Of a stretch of DNA of 64,000 bases, positions 11,297 to 22,243 are shown one piece after another. The DNA is taken from assembly GCA_963782115.1 (NCBI GenBank), contig CAWAIK010000001.1, positions 544,001 to 608,000 on the forward strand. The letters run 5' to 3'. The position numbers and the translations under genes are program-made. Every line of letters starts with the position of its first letter. Positions within the stretch are counted from its first letter, which is position 1. The stretch is from an uncultured Verrucomicrobiae bacterium. GTDB taxonomy: Bacteria > Verrucomicrobiota > Verrucomicrobiia > Chthoniobacterales > JAFAMB01. Below the pieces are notes generated by a model that saw only the letters and a list, made by a program, of their open reading frames with translations, was not told the origin of the DNA and did not search any database.

Positions 11297-11890
11297 ATGG
11301 CTATCGCAAATAAAACAGTCTTGATCACCGGCTCCAACCGGGGCATTGGTCGAGCTCTCGTCGAAGAGGCACTCAAGCGTGGCGCGAAGCGGGTATATGC
11401 GGGTGCGCGCAACGCAATCCGACATCCTGACAAACGCGTGACGCCTGTAACTTTGGACGTGACGAGCGCCTCGCAGATTCAGCGGGCGGCCACCGAAATA
11501 GATACCCTTGACATTCTTATAAATAATGCGGGCGTTGCGATCTACGACGATCTGAGCAATTTCGAGGTGATCGAACAGCACTTAGCTGTCAATTTCTTTG
11601 GTCCGCTCAATATGTCGCGCGCTTTCCTGCCGCTGCTGACACGCTCCAAAGGTGCCATCGTCAACAATCTCTCGTTGGCGGCGCTTGCAGCCTTGCCGGT
11701 TATACCCGCGTACTCCATTTCGAAGGCAGCCGCGTTGAACATGACGCAATCACTGAGAGCAATCTTGGCTGGCCAAGGAGTAATGGTCCATGCCGTCATT
11801 CTCGGCCCCATCGACACCGATATGAACCGCGGTTTTGAGATACCGACAAGAGGACGAGTGGGAATTAATGAGCGTTTCATTCGTTGCTGA
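11297..11890 (+). pseudogene. SDR oxidoreductase, probably C-terminally truncated near 11845
   Basis: TGSNRGIG, NNAG, YSISK, GPIDTDM; the ORF ends at 197 aa with an unrelated tail. Confidence 0.75.
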
Positions 11891-12094
11891 TCGCGATTTA
11901 GACAACGCAGGCCCACGTGCCTCCGATGGCTCTTAAAGACAGTGACTCTTTGTGATCTTTGCGATCTTCTGTTCAAAAATGACTTTTGCTTTTTTTCTCC
12001 TGATAGGCTGGATTCAAACCGAAGTTGCAATAGTATGACTCAGTCGATCGTATTGCTTGGCAGGCGAACGCGGCCTTACTACCCGGCTTCAACA

Positions 12095-12595
12095 TCACGT
12101 CCATCCTTTTGCCGCAGACGGATCGAATCTGTTACATCGATCTGTTTGCTGGACCGGGACGTTACCACGACGGCGCGAAGTCGACGCCAATACTGGTGCT
12201 TGAGACTGTAATCCAGGACAAAAATCCAAGACAAAAATCCAAGAATGCGGGAACGCTTAGTTACAGTCTTCAATGACAAAGATGAGGCGAACGTTCGATC
12301 TCTGCAGAAGGTCATCTCCGAGCTTTCCGGAACAGCCACACTAAAGTATCCGCCTGAGATTATCAACAACGAGGTGGGCACTGAAATCGTCGAGCATTTC
12401 GAGTCAATCAAGATGGTGCCGACGCTCTTTTTCGTGGACCCGTTCGGTTACAAAGGTTTGTCGCTCAGGCTAGGGAACGCTGTATTAAAAAGTTGGGGGA
12501 GCGACTGCATCTTCTTTTTCAATTATAACCGGATCAACATGGGAGTAGGAAACGATGCTGTTCTCCAACACATGGAGGCCTTGTTTGGGCCAGCG
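12095..12595 (+). pseudogene. tcmP: Three-Cys-motif partner protein (TcmP-like) fragment
   Basis: RICYIDLFAGPGRY..STP, then FFVDPFGYKG and DCIFFFNYNRINM; frameshifted by a 13-bp tandem duplication. Confidence 0.75.
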
Positions 12596-12599
12596 ATAA

Positions 12600-12879
12600 T
12601 TCCGACGTTCGCAATCCCGAGATCGCCTTCGGCATGGTTGCGCCCTTGGCAGGTCGTCAGCAATGGTCAGGGAGCTTCGTAGGCTCTCGAAGCCATGATC
12701 GGCAACGGCGGCCAGCGAGGCGGTCCTGTCGGGGAAGTGCCGATAGGGGGCCATGGCTGACACCCCCGCCGCCCGCGCCACAGCCCGCAGACTGGGCTCC
12801 TCACTCTGTGCCTCCAGCATCTTGAGGGCTGTCGCGATCAGCGCTTCTCGAAGGCCCAACCTGCGTGCCCACTTGGCAT
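12600..12879 (-). pseudogene. TetR regulator, frameshifted and truncated
   Basis: LREALIATAL..SLRAVARAAGVSAMAPYRHF; divergent from the MBL gene. Confidence 0.8.
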
Positions 12880-12912
12880 ACCTTTGTCTACGGTGTAATC
12901 AGCGATAGTGTA

Positions 12913-12925
12913 TTTACACTGTAAA
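12913..12925. promoter_or_regulatory. Putative TetR operator
   Basis: Palindrome TTTACA-C-TGTAAA in the divergent TetR/MBL intergenic region. Confidence 0.55.
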
Positions 12926-12945
12926 CAGTGCGATGGGTTCTGCCT

Positions 12946-13650
12946 ATGGCTGTGAAGCGTGTGATCGAAGGTGTGCACGTCGTCCCGATGGGGATGGCAA
13001 ACGCCTTCCTGATCGAGGGCGACGACGGGTTGACACTGATCGACGCCGGTTACCCGAGTAAGGAGGCAGCCGTCTTCGGGGCGATCCGCGGGCTTGGCCG
13101 TTCGCCAGACCAGCTCAAGCACCTAATTTTCACTCACGGCCACCCTGATCATATCGGCAGCGCCGCTGCGATCGTGCGGGAAACCGGTGCGAGGACCTAC
13201 ATGCACCCGCTCGATATCCCTATGGCCGAGAGTGGAGGCCCTTTTCGGCCCATGAGGGCGGCGCCTGGTCTGTTGCGGCGAGTGATGTGCAAGCTTTTCT
13301 ACCATCCCGGCAAGCGACTGGAGCCGGTTGCCATCGACCAGCCTTTGACCGCTGGGGAAATACTGGCCATCGCTGGCGGCATCGAAGTTATTCATACTCC
13401 TGGGCATTGCGCGGGACAGGTCGCGCTGCTGTGGCGTCCGGGACGAATGCTGTTCGCGGGCGATGTGTACATGAACCTCATGGGCCTCGGTGATCCCGTC
13501 GGCTTCGAGAGTTTGAAGGAAGGTCGTGCGAGCCAACGCAAACTTGCCAGTCTTTCATTCGATGCTGCCGGGTTCGGCCATGGCGGGCCTATCGCCCGCG
13601 ATGCGTCGACGCGGTTCCGCAATAAGTGGGGCAAGAAATCGTTTGCCTGA
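12946..13650 (+). CDS. MBL-fold metallo-hydrolase
   Basis: LIDAG, THGHPDHIG, HTPGH, FAGD, GHG. Confidence 0.92.
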   Translation: MAVKRVIEGVHVVPMGMANAFLIEGDDGLTLIDAGYPSKEAAVFGAIRGLGRSPDQLKHLIFTHGHPDHIGSAAAIVRETGARTYMHPLDIPMAESGGPFRPMRAAPGLLRRVMCKLFYHPGKRLEPVAIDQPLTAGEILAIAGGIEVIHTPGHCAGQVALLWRPGRMLFAGDVYMNLMGLGDPVGFESLKEGRASQRKLASLSFDAAGFGHGGPIARDASTRFRNKWGKKSFA

Positions 13651-14009
13651 CATGGGAGACGCCTGCTTTGGTCGAACTCGGCGCTACACGCCCCTGCCCC
13701 GCCCATCCCGCAAACGGCGGGAGTCGCGGAGGCGCCGCTCGCTCCCCGTCCCGAAACCCGGGGCTGCGGGACATCGGCGGCTCCGGTCGATGGCGGGCCA
13801 GGGACAGACGCCCTCCCTTCATTCGCCCCGAGATGCGCAATTGCCGAGCCTACTGTGGCACTCAAGCCGCCGGCACCGGGGAGTCCGCCGCCGACGCAGG
13901 CCGAGATCGCCTTTGATACCGTCCTAGGAACCGTGCGTTTGAGGGTTCCGTGATATCGGCATTGTAAGTTCCACTGCGGCACACCGGTCTGGAACCCGAT
14001 TTCGGAAAG

Positions 14010-14492
14010 GGCGGCACGGTGACCGGACTGCTGTTGAAGCAAGGCAAAACGGTGCGTGCGATGGTGCGAAATGAAGACGAACGCGCGCAGGCGTTGCGCG
14101 AAATGGGTGCGGAGGTCGTGGTCGGGAATCTGCTCGATCTCGATTTCGATGCACAGGGTGATTGCCGGCTGCGATACGATGTACTTCGGCACCTGACCGG
14201 TCCGCAGTCCGAGAACATGCATTTCTATGCACAGGAGTATTCGAAGTCGCTTGGCCGCACGATCACCTTTCAGGACATTCCGGTCGAGCCGTGGCGGGCC
14301 GAGCTGCTCGAGCGCGGCTTACCGCTTCACCTGGTGAACCACCTCGCGACGATGGCCGATCTGCACCGCGCGGGACGCTACGACCGGATGTCGGACGACG
14401 TGCTCACCCTAACGGGGCAAGGGCCGCTGAGCGTGCAGGAGTTCGTCAGGAAGAATGCGGCGACATTCACCACGTCCGCAAAAGAGGCCTGA
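14010..14492 (+). pseudogene. NmrA-family NAD(P)-binding protein, N-truncated with large internal deletion
   Basis: VRAMVRNEDERAQALREMGAEVVVGNLLD is joined near 14190 to C-terminal HLTGPQSEN..RYDRMSDDV. Confidence 0.8.
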
Positions 14493-15375
14493 GTGTCTGC
14501 GGATGCTCGATCAGCGGTTTTTGCGGTTTAAATTGTACCAAAAGTCGTTCCAATTTCTATGATGCAGAAACGCTGCTCCTTTTCGGATTTGCGACATGCG
14601 CATTGGCTACGCTCCAACTCGCCCCAGGCCGAACCCACGAATTACGTGGTGAACTACCGGAGTGAGAATGGCCGAACTTGTTCCGATCTCAGCATGGCTT
14701 CAATTCAAGGCATCACGCAATTTCGCAAGCCGCTAAGAAGGGCGACTTCATGGTCAACATTTCGGAAAAGTGGTTCCGGCAAGATTCGGAGAGCCACGTC
14801 GCACTGGAACACTGGCTTTCCGGACGCGGCTTTCAACTGACTGTCACGCAGCCATAGATCGCCGCGATACTCAGCCGTGTTCTCGGGAAGGAGATCCAGT
14901 ATGAACGGGTAGGAACTGGGCATACTGGGCAGCGAGATTATCCGGAGACTAGACGGTCTCGATGAGGAAAATCGATTGTTCAAACGAACCACTTTTCCTA
15001 TTCTGCTGTGTACGATCCACAGAACCACAGAAAAGCGAGCGGGCGGAAACGGCGGGCGGGATGAATACGGTGAAGAGGGAGTCGGTAACCGAACTTCTTG
15101 GGTCAGCCCGCTACTTTATATTAGAACCCGTTGGCCGATGTTATGAGCTTTTGCGGCGTCCTTAGATTTAGCCCTCGAATGTAGTTCCATGAGCCCCGCT
15201 TGGCCTAAGGGCAGCTCTTCCGGCAGGGCCCGCGCCTCTTCGAGCGAACGTCACGTTCATGAGGAAGACGGGCCTGTCTGAATCCGTTTGGCCCACCATT
15301 GTTCGATCTTACTATCCAGATACAGCTTCTGCATAGCCGGGGCTTTTCGGTGGTTTCCGTCGTCATGTCTTTGGG

Positions 15376-16296
15376 TTATGCATATTGTACCCCTATGTTT
15401 AGGTTTGTTCGGTGTTTTTCTTGCTGGCTAACAAAAAGCGCCTTGTTCTGCACGATGTAGTCCAGCATTTGCATTGGCTTTTGACCCGTGAGCTTCTCTA
15501 CCAAATCGTTGGTCCCGGAAAAGACTCCATCGCGACAATCCTGGGCAACGGCCGATATATGCTGTCGGATGTAGGGGGTGTATCCCATTTCCTTCCAGAT
15601 TTCACTAAAAGCTTCGATCTCGACCGGAACGTAGGTAATTTTTCTTCCGAGGACCTGCGTGAGAATGTCAGCCACTTCGTACTGCGTTAGTTCCTTCGGA
15701 CCGTAGAGGGGATAAATCTTTCCAGCGTGCTCGGCGGAATCATTCAAGATCGCGGCAATGACCCGGCCCTGATCTTCCGCCGCGATGGGAGCATAGCGAG
15801 CGTCGCCGAAGGGAAGTGGAAACATATTTTTTTCCCTGATGCTTTCCGATAGATACGTGATCCATTCGGCAAAGAAGGTGGGCCGCAGATGAGTGACTGA
15901 AATTCCTGAGCGATCCAAAAGACGCTCGGCAACCCAATGATTCTGGGCGGCGTGACTTTTCGCAATCCTTCTCGCCGAAATTTGCGACATGTTCACGATG
16001 GCTCCGACTCCTTGTTCAAGGGCGGCTTGGGCGAAAAAAGCAGTGGCCTCCAAAATGCCAGGGACCTTAATCGGAAAAACGAAATAAGCTGCAGTGATTC
16101 CCTTCAAAGCTTCACTGATCGCCTCAAAATCGAATAGGTCGCCGCGGACTATTTCCACGCCTTGGGAGCTCAGTTTCTCGGAACGTTCGTCCGCCTTATG
16201 GACCAAAGCTCTCACTGGCACCTTTAGTTCCAGAAGCTTCTTGATAGCGTTTCCGCCGGTTGCACCGGTTGCGCCTGTTATTAAAACTTTTTTCAT
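15376..16296 (-). CDS. NmrA-family NAD(P)-binding protein
   Basis: MKKVLITGATGATG, HLRPTFFAEW, PIAAEDQGRVIAAIL. Confidence 0.92.
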   Translation of the reverse strand: MKKVLITGATGATGGNAIKKLLELKVPVRALVHKADERSEKLSSQGVEIVRGDLFDFEAISEALKGITAAYFVFPIKVPGILEATAFFAQAALEQGVGAIVNMSQISARRIAKSHAAQNHWVAERLLDRSGISVTHLRPTFFAEWITYLSESIREKNMFPLPFGDARYAPIAAEDQGRVIAAILNDSAEHAGKIYPLYGPKELTQYEVADILTQVLGRKITYVPVEIEAFSEIWKEMGYTPYIRQHISAVAQDCRDGVFSGTNDLVEKLTGQKPMQMLDYIVQNKALFVSQQEKHRTNLNIGVQYA

Positions 16297-16365
16297 AAAT
16301 TCGGTTGGAATGAGGTAAAGAGGAAGAGAGAGGCAACGGTGCCTCAACTCCCAGAGTTGATTTAA

Positions 16366-16420
16366 ATGATGAGCGACATCTAATTGTGATTGTGTTAAAT
16401 TAAGATGTCAAACGACATCT
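16366..16420. promoter_or_regulatory. Putative TetR operator pair
   Basis: AGATGTC-AAAC-GACATCT palindrome (16403-16420) and a related ATGATGAGCGACATCT site between the divergent genes. Confidence 0.6.
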
Positions 16421-16470
16421 AAGAGTTTTTTTTTAGCCCACTCGGGCCTGCCCATTAACCAGGCTTCAAA

Positions 16471-17043
16471 ATGAGAAAATCGAAAAGGGAAACCGAAGAG
16501 ACCCGCCAACGCATAGTCGAAATGGCGGCCGACGAGTTTCGCCAGCATGGAATCGCCACGTCCGGCATAGCCGATCTGATGGCTGCGGTCGGCTTAACGC
16601 ATGGTGGATTTTACCGACATTTCGAATCGAAGGAACAACTCGTGGCCGAGGCTACGGCCGCCGCTCTTGATACGCTCCTTAACACTTTGGCTAGCGCTGC
16701 CTGCGGAAAGAAGGGTCGGAACGGTTTGAAAGCAGTCTTAGCGGCGTACGTCTGCGCGGAGCATCGAGACAATCTCCGCGATGGCTGTCCTTTGGCTGCG
16801 CTCGGCAGCGAACTCACTAGGTCGGATAAAAGGGTTCGAGATGTTGCAACGGCCGGGTTTTCGAGGATGGTCGAAATTCTAGCCGCTCATTTTGACCAGG
16901 CCAGACCAGCGGAAGCGAGGAAACGGGCTATGGCCACTGCTGCGGCGATGATCGGTGCCATAACAATGTCGCGCGTACTGACGCACCAGAAGTTGTCCGA
17001 CTCACTTCTCCAAGCGGTTGAAGAAGGCATTACGCGTGCGTGA
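16471..17043 (+). CDS. TetR/AcrR regulator
   Basis: IADLMAAVGLTHGGFYRHFESKEQL, GCPLAALGSE. Confidence 0.93.
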   Translation: MRKSKRETEETRQRIVEMAADEFRQHGIATSGIADLMAAVGLTHGGFYRHFESKEQLVAEATAAALDTLLNTLASAACGKKGRNGLKAVLAAYVCAEHRDNLRDGCPLAALGSELTRSDKRVRDVATAGFSRMVEILAAHFDQARPAEARKRAMATAAAMIGAITMSRVLTHQKLSDSLLQAVEEGITRA

Positions 17044-17151
17044 AGACAATGGCGGAAGCGGGAAATCGTTCGCTAGCATTATCCGAAATTTGGTAGAAGT
17101 TTGACCACGCGGCGGATTGCGATTGAAAATGGGCCATGAACACCAGCTCAA

Positions 17152-17330
17152 ATGCGGTCAGACACCATTGATACGATTCCAACCTTCGCCTGGTGCAACC
17201 GGCCTGATGACTCGAATGAATTCCTAAACCAGCGCTGGCTTGATTACACAGGCTTTCGATTGAGGCGGCGCGGGATTGGGGGTGGAAGGTTGCCATTCAC
17301 CCTGAAGATCTCTCGCGACTATTGGCGGAC
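17152..17330 (+). pseudogene. PAS-domain fragment of a sensor protein
   Basis: IDTIPTFAW..NEFLNQRWLDYTG, then in another frame WGWKVAIHPEDL. Confidence 0.65.
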
Positions 17331-17454
17331 ACACCAATATAGACGTGCTCGGGGGCTCAACTATGCCTCCGGACAACGCGAGCGGTGTGGTGGTGCCGAC
17401 CAAGCGAAGAGTCTTCGCCTATGACAATGAGAAGCGGAACATCCCGGGAGCCCC

Positions 17455-17630
17455 TCTCGTCGTACGAGAAGAAGGTGTTGCCGGCGATGCGCGCGGCAGC
17501 TCCTTTGGTGGCGTCCAGTGCGCTACACGTGCCCGTGACCGCCATCTACCCGCTCTCCCGAATCCGCGAGGCGGTCGCCCATCTTCTGCGAGGCGGGAAA
17601 ATCCTCTTGGAGGTGCAGAAGCTGGCTTAG
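17455..17630 (+). pseudogene. C-terminal fragment of an MDR/zinc-binding oxidoreductase
   Basis: LHVPVTAIYPLSRIREAVAHLLRGGKILL. Confidence 0.55.
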
Positions 17631-17806
17631 GAAAAACAAGAGCAGTCGTCAGATTCCTGCCCGGCGCTCGCCTAGCCGTGGACAGAGTCCTCCAGCCTTG
17701 GAGAGTTGAGGGCGATCTTGGCAGCTGCGGGCCAGGAGCTCCCAAAACCGGCTGAGAAGAGTTTTATGCGAGAGGGAGAGATCTTAGAGCGAGGTCAACC
17801 AAAAGC

Positions 17807-18148
17807 CTAAATTTGCCGGCGCGAATTTTGGGCAGCGTAAGTAGTGAGGATCGCGGCGAGCATGTCGCCGAAACGTTTCTTGAGTTCCACGCAACGGGTC
17901 GTGTTGTGCATTTCGACGCCCTTGCGTTCGCTACGGATCAGGCCGGCTTCGCGCAGGATTTTGAAATGCTGGGAGAGGGTCGCTTTGGCCAAGGTGCGGT
18001 TGTTGACTTTGCGGAAGTTGGAGCAATTCAGGGGGCATTCCGAGGTGGCCATTTCCGCGTAGATTTGGGCGCGCACGGGATCGGACAAGGCATAGAGGAG
18101 GCCCTCGACAGTAATGTCGCTGACGGCGGGATGGAAGAGCGGCCTCAC
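17807..18148 (-). CDS. ArsR/SmtB-family regulator
   Basis: LYALSDPVRAQI, KATLSQHFKILREAGLI; GTG start assumed. Confidence 0.88.
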   Translation of the reverse strand: MRPLFHPAVSDITVEGLLYALSDPVRAQIYAEMATSECPLNCSNFRKVNNRTLAKATLSQHFKILREAGLIRSERKGVEMHNTTRCVELKKRFGDMLAAILTTYAAQNSRRQI

Positions 18149-18184
18149 AAAGTGTCTGTAACATGGACTTGACAAATAGTCCAA

Positions 18185-18205
18185 TAGTTCATAAGTATGG
18201 AACTA
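18185..18205. promoter_or_regulatory. Putative ArsR operator
   Basis: TAGTTC-N9-GAACTA inverted repeat just downstream of TTGACA, between the divergent ArsR and SDR genes. Confidence 0.55.
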
Positions 18206-18235
18206 AAAATCTGCTGAACTAACGATCTATACTAC

Positions 18236-18973
18236 ATGAACACCAAAACCATTCTTATCACTGGCGGAACTGCCGGGATCGGCTTGGCCACAGCCCAACT
18301 CTTAAGCGCCCAGGGCGCGAAGGTCATCGTCACCGGACGCAATCCCGAAACTCTTGCCTCCGCTAAAAAGAATCTCAGCGGCGTGGTGGTCCTTCCCTCG
18401 GATTCCGGTGATCTGGCTGCCGCCCAGGCGCTGGGTGACGAAATCAAAACATTTGCGGATCATCTCGACGGGGCTTTCTTGAATGCGGGCATAGCGACCT
18501 TCGGACCGTTCGATGCAGCAACGCCCAAGAACTATGACGACATGTTCAATGTGAACGTGCGAGGTCTCTATTTCCAGCTTCAATCGCTGCTGCCTTTGTT
18601 AGCCAATCCGAGCTCGGTCGTGTTTACGTCCTCCATCGCTGGTTCTGTTGCATTGGCCGGCGGGTCGATCTATTCGGCGACCAAGGCTGCGGTCATTTCC
18701 CTCGGAAAGACTTTAGCGGTCGAGTTAGCCCCGCGCGGCGTGCGGGTGAATGTGTTAAGCCCCGGACCGATTGACACGCCGATATTAAAGAAAGTCGGCC
18801 TTCCCGCTGACCAGCTGAAAGGGTTTGAAGAATCGTTTGCCGCCAAGTCGCTCTTAAAACGGTTCGGCACATCCGACGAAGTGGCCCGGGCAGCAAGATT
18901 CCTGCTTTCGGAGGATTCGAGCAATATTACCGGCACGGAGCTGATCATCGACGGCGGCGTTCGACTGAACTGA
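18236..18973 (+). CDS. SDR oxidoreductase
   Basis: TGGTAGIG, NAG, YSATK, RVNVLSPGPIDTP, IDGG. Confidence 0.93.
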   Translation: MNTKTILITGGTAGIGLATAQLLSAQGAKVIVTGRNPETLASAKKNLSGVVVLPSDSGDLAAAQALGDEIKTFADHLDGAFLNAGIATFGPFDAATPKNYDDMFNVNVRGLYFQLQSLLPLLANPSSVVFTSSIAGSVALAGGSIYSATKAAVISLGKTLAVELAPRGVRVNVLSPGPIDTPILKKVGLPADQLKGFEESFAAKSLLKRFGTSDEVARAARFLLSEDSSNITGTELIIDGGVRLN

Positions 18974-19149
18974 CCTTCTCGAACTATTTATCTCTTCCAC
19001 TGGAGCGAACGTCGCCCAATGCGACAGCACTCGATGCCAAACAGAAGACCTAAAAATCCTCTCGTCATAGGCCAACCGGCCAGGTCGGTAAAGGCGTTAT
19101 TCCGCTTCTCACCTCTGCGGAGGCTTTCAATCAGTATGTCTCTGGCAGA

Positions 19150-19300
19150 TTGATCGCCGCTAGTAATGGGTGGAAGAATCTGCTGGTTCGGATCTACTCT
19201 GAGCCGCGCGTTGAGGAGAGCGTCATTTACCCAGCGGTCGCCGAGCCGCGTATAGTACGGGTTTTCTCTGGAGCCGCCGTGGTGGAAGAACGCGAGCTCG
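19150..19300 (+). pseudogene. N-terminal fragment, probably of an AraC-family regulator
   Basis: GWKNLLVRIYSEPRVEESVIYPAVAEPRIVRVFSGAAVVEERELG, abutting the truncated ADH tail-to-tail. Confidence 0.5.
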
Positions 19301-20075
19301 GCCCGCTCCGGCGACAATCAACTGGCCGCGTGTAGCAAGCCCTCCCAGAAGTGGAGACATGGACTTGCTGTTTGCTGCTGTAGCGAGGATCAACCGGGCA
19401 CCACCCAGGGTTTGAAGTGCGGCAACTGGATCTTGAGCATTGCTGTCAATGTAGTGATGTGCGCCGAGCTTCCTGGCGAGACTTTCCTTTTCTGGACCGC
19501 GAGCAATGGCTGCGACTTGAAAGCCCATGCGTCGCGCAAACTGAATTCCGAGGTGACCGAGCCCACCTAGTCCCTGAATAGCAACGAGCTCGCCAGGACG
19601 AGCTTTTGAGTTTCTGAATCCGTTGAATGTCGTCAATCCGGCGCAGAGCAGCGGCGCCGCTTCCGTTGACAGAAGATCGCCGGGAATAGCCACGAGCCCA
19701 CTCGCTTGGGCGATCATCATTTCGGCATAGCCACCATCGGTGGAAGTTCCCGAAATGGGTTGATTCTGGCAATTGACAAAGTCTCCACGGCGACAGTTTT
19801 CGCAATGGCCACCCATATAACCCACGCCTACGCGCTGTCCTTCTTTCCACCCCTGCACACCGGACCCAAGGGCTTCGATTTTTCCGATCACTTCATGGCC
19901 GGGAACGCGCGGGTATGTTAGTCCAGGAAAACCACCTTCAACCGTAAGGGCATCGGTGTGGCAAACGCCACAGGCCTCCACGCGGATTCTGACTTGCCCA
20001 AAATCGGGCTCGATGATTGATCTCTCAACGACTTCCAACTTGCCAGGTTGGGCTACTTCCACTGCTTGTATACTT
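19300..20075 (-). pseudogene. Zinc-dependent alcohol dehydrogenase, C-terminally truncated
   Basis: ACGVCHTD, PGHEVIG, PLLCAGLTTFN, GLGGLGHLG; similarity ends at QLIVAGAG. Confidence 0.85.
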
Positions 20076-20180
20076 GTTTCTGACCGGGATGATGGTTCTA
20101 GCGGAGCTTGCCCGGCGAGAGGCTAACGGCCCGTTATATTCGGACCGGTGTACCACGCGAGTTGGCCTCTTTCGAATTCC

Positions 20181-21161
20181 CTATTTTGCCGTGAATGCTT
20201 GGACGTAAGGTTTGTCATTCTTGGCAAAGGCAATCCAAACCGTGTGCGTTTGAGAATCGACCGCAATGCTGTGCGCACCAAGGGAGCTCGTCAGCGGAGG
20301 CAACGCGGTGAGTCTTTGGTGATCGAGGCCCACAACGGAGATGGTGCCCAAGCCGCTTGCACAGTAAACGCGCTGCAACGTCGGGTCGTATGCGATCTCA
20401 TCGACCTTGGGCGAGACGTCGGCGGTTCCCACGATCTGGCCCGTGCTGAGATTGAAGAGTCCCAGTTTGCCCGTTCCACCCACGATAAGCACTTGATCTG
20501 TTCCGGGAACCATCGCCATGCCATGAGGATTGTCGGCGGGAGAGGTCGACCATTTGGCGACAACCTTTTCTGTCTTCAGATCCAACTTGGCGAGCTCGCT
20601 AGAGTCTTTCAGGCATTGAAACAGGAATTTGTCTTGAGAATCGAAGCCAAGATCTTCCATGCCTCCTCCTGGAAAGTCGATAGTCGACACAATCTTTTTC
20701 TCCATCGGATCGATGACCCACATTTCGGGTTTATCATCGTTGCAAACAAACACACGATTCGTTTCGGAATGATAGGCGACCAAGTCAGCTGGGCCTGGAA
20801 GGGGCACTTCGCCGATCACGTCGAGCTTCGTTGAATCGACTATAACCATTTTCGGCGGTTTGCTCACGCTGACAAAATAGCGGTTATTCTCGGAATCGAT
20901 GGCGACACCTTGAGCATTCCCGGTGGGGATGCTCTTGATCAACTTGGATGTTACAATATCGATCACATCCAGCGAGCCGTTTCCCGAGTGGCAGGCCAGG
21001 AGGCGATTATTCGCGGAATCGATTTTGATAAAATCAAACTTCCCTTCTGTGCCAGTCAGTTCCACTGGGTTTCCTGGAGTCAGGGAATCTGCCGCCGAAA
21101 CGAGGCGCGGTATGATAAGGAGAGATGAGCAAACTAATGACAGGATGGCTTTTGATTTCAT
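20181..21161 (-). CDS. Secreted YncE/YVTN-like beta-propeller protein
   Basis: Signal-peptide-like N-terminus, GKFDFIKID, repeated blades, GAHSIAVD. Confidence 0.85.
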   Translation of the reverse strand: MKSKAILSLVCSSLLIIPRLVSAADSLTPGNPVELTGTEGKFDFIKIDSANNRLLACHSGNGSLDVIDIVTSKLIKSIPTGNAQGVAIDSENNRYFVSVSKPPKMVIVDSTKLDVIGEVPLPGPADLVAYHSETNRVFVCNDDKPEMWVIDPMEKKIVSTIDFPGGGMEDLGFDSQDKFLFQCLKDSSELAKLDLKTEKVVAKWSTSPADNPHGMAMVPGTDQVLIVGGTGKLGLFNLSTGQIVGTADVSPKVDEIAYDPTLQRVYCASGLGTISVVGLDHQRLTALPPLTSSLGAHSIAVDSQTHTVWIAFAKNDKPYVQAFTAK

Positions 21162-21764
21162 GAATTACGTTTGGATTGGCTATTGCGGTGCCGCAGCAGC
21201 TAGCGCCGCTAGATACTGACAGGTACTCTTCTTCAAAACCGCTCTCAGCTGCTGCTCGTGCCTCGATCCGATTTGAATTCGAGATAGACCCATGGCAGGC
21301 GAACCTTAGATGAGGGCTCGATCTGTCTCAAGTCAATCGCGTGAACGGGCACGCTCTTTAGGAATGGCTCACCGCCTGCGGCGGGTCTCATCGGAGTAAG
21401 AAACTTTTGCTTTAAGTGGCGTCGATGGGACTCGCACATGGCCTGCCGGCATTAAGGGCCCATATAACTGAAATCGACACCTTTCCCCTGCCAAAAGGAG
21501 GCCTTCCTAGGGGCCCTGGCACTCTTGTCGCCCTGGCCTTGATAAATTACTGCTACACACGAGAACGTTGGCGCATATTGTCCGGAACATAGCAGCTCGT
21601 TCGTCGGAATAGCTGAATCCCCGCACAGATCAATGACTACTCGCGTTACCGGGAAGCCGGTAGCATCTGGAGCGGTGCCGCACCGAAGGCCTACGTGGAG
21701 GGGTCTTGGAGGTGGTGATCAACTCGAGTTTGTCGATGCGCCCTGTTCATACGCTCAGCCAATG

Positions 21765-22243
21765 GAGTCTCTTTAACCGAGCGAGGCGCCCATCTTCGGG
21801 AAAGAGTTCAAGACGTCTTTTCCGAACTCGAACAGATTTTGCGGGAGCTGGATCGGACACACGAAGTGAATGGGACTCTGACGCTGGCGGCCAGCACAAC
21901 TGTGGCGAGATATTTTGTGCCGAGGATTTTCATCCGCTTCCATCACTACCACCCGGCCGCCGCTCTTCATCTCATCGTTGGCAACACAGAAGAAGTGCTG
22001 GACCATCTTCGACAACAGCGCGTGGGGCTCGGGCTAGTTGAGGGGCATCAGCGTAGCCCAGGTGTGCGCCTGGAGCAGTTCATGCCTGATGAAATCGTTC
22101 AGGTTTGTGCCCCCGAATTCCCGACCCAAAGCTGCGCCGCGCGATTCAAGGATTGAAGGCCGTTCGAGACCTCGAGGCTCTGCCGCTGATCTGGCGCGAG
22201 TCTGGGTCAGGTACGCGAGCTGTTGTGGAAAGTGTGTTGAAAC
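21765..22243 (+). pseudogene. LysR (CysL-like) substrate-binding domain fragment
   Basis: GTLTLAASTTVARYFVP, VGNTEEV, GLVEG, WRESGSGTRAVVE; frameshifted, both ends lost. Confidence 0.8.

Noticed and set aside
10423..11433. Long antisense ORFs (also 6341-6973, 13392-14222, 20148-20834, 48807-49496)
   Set aside because: Shadows of well-supported genes on the opposite strand, with no recognisable motifs
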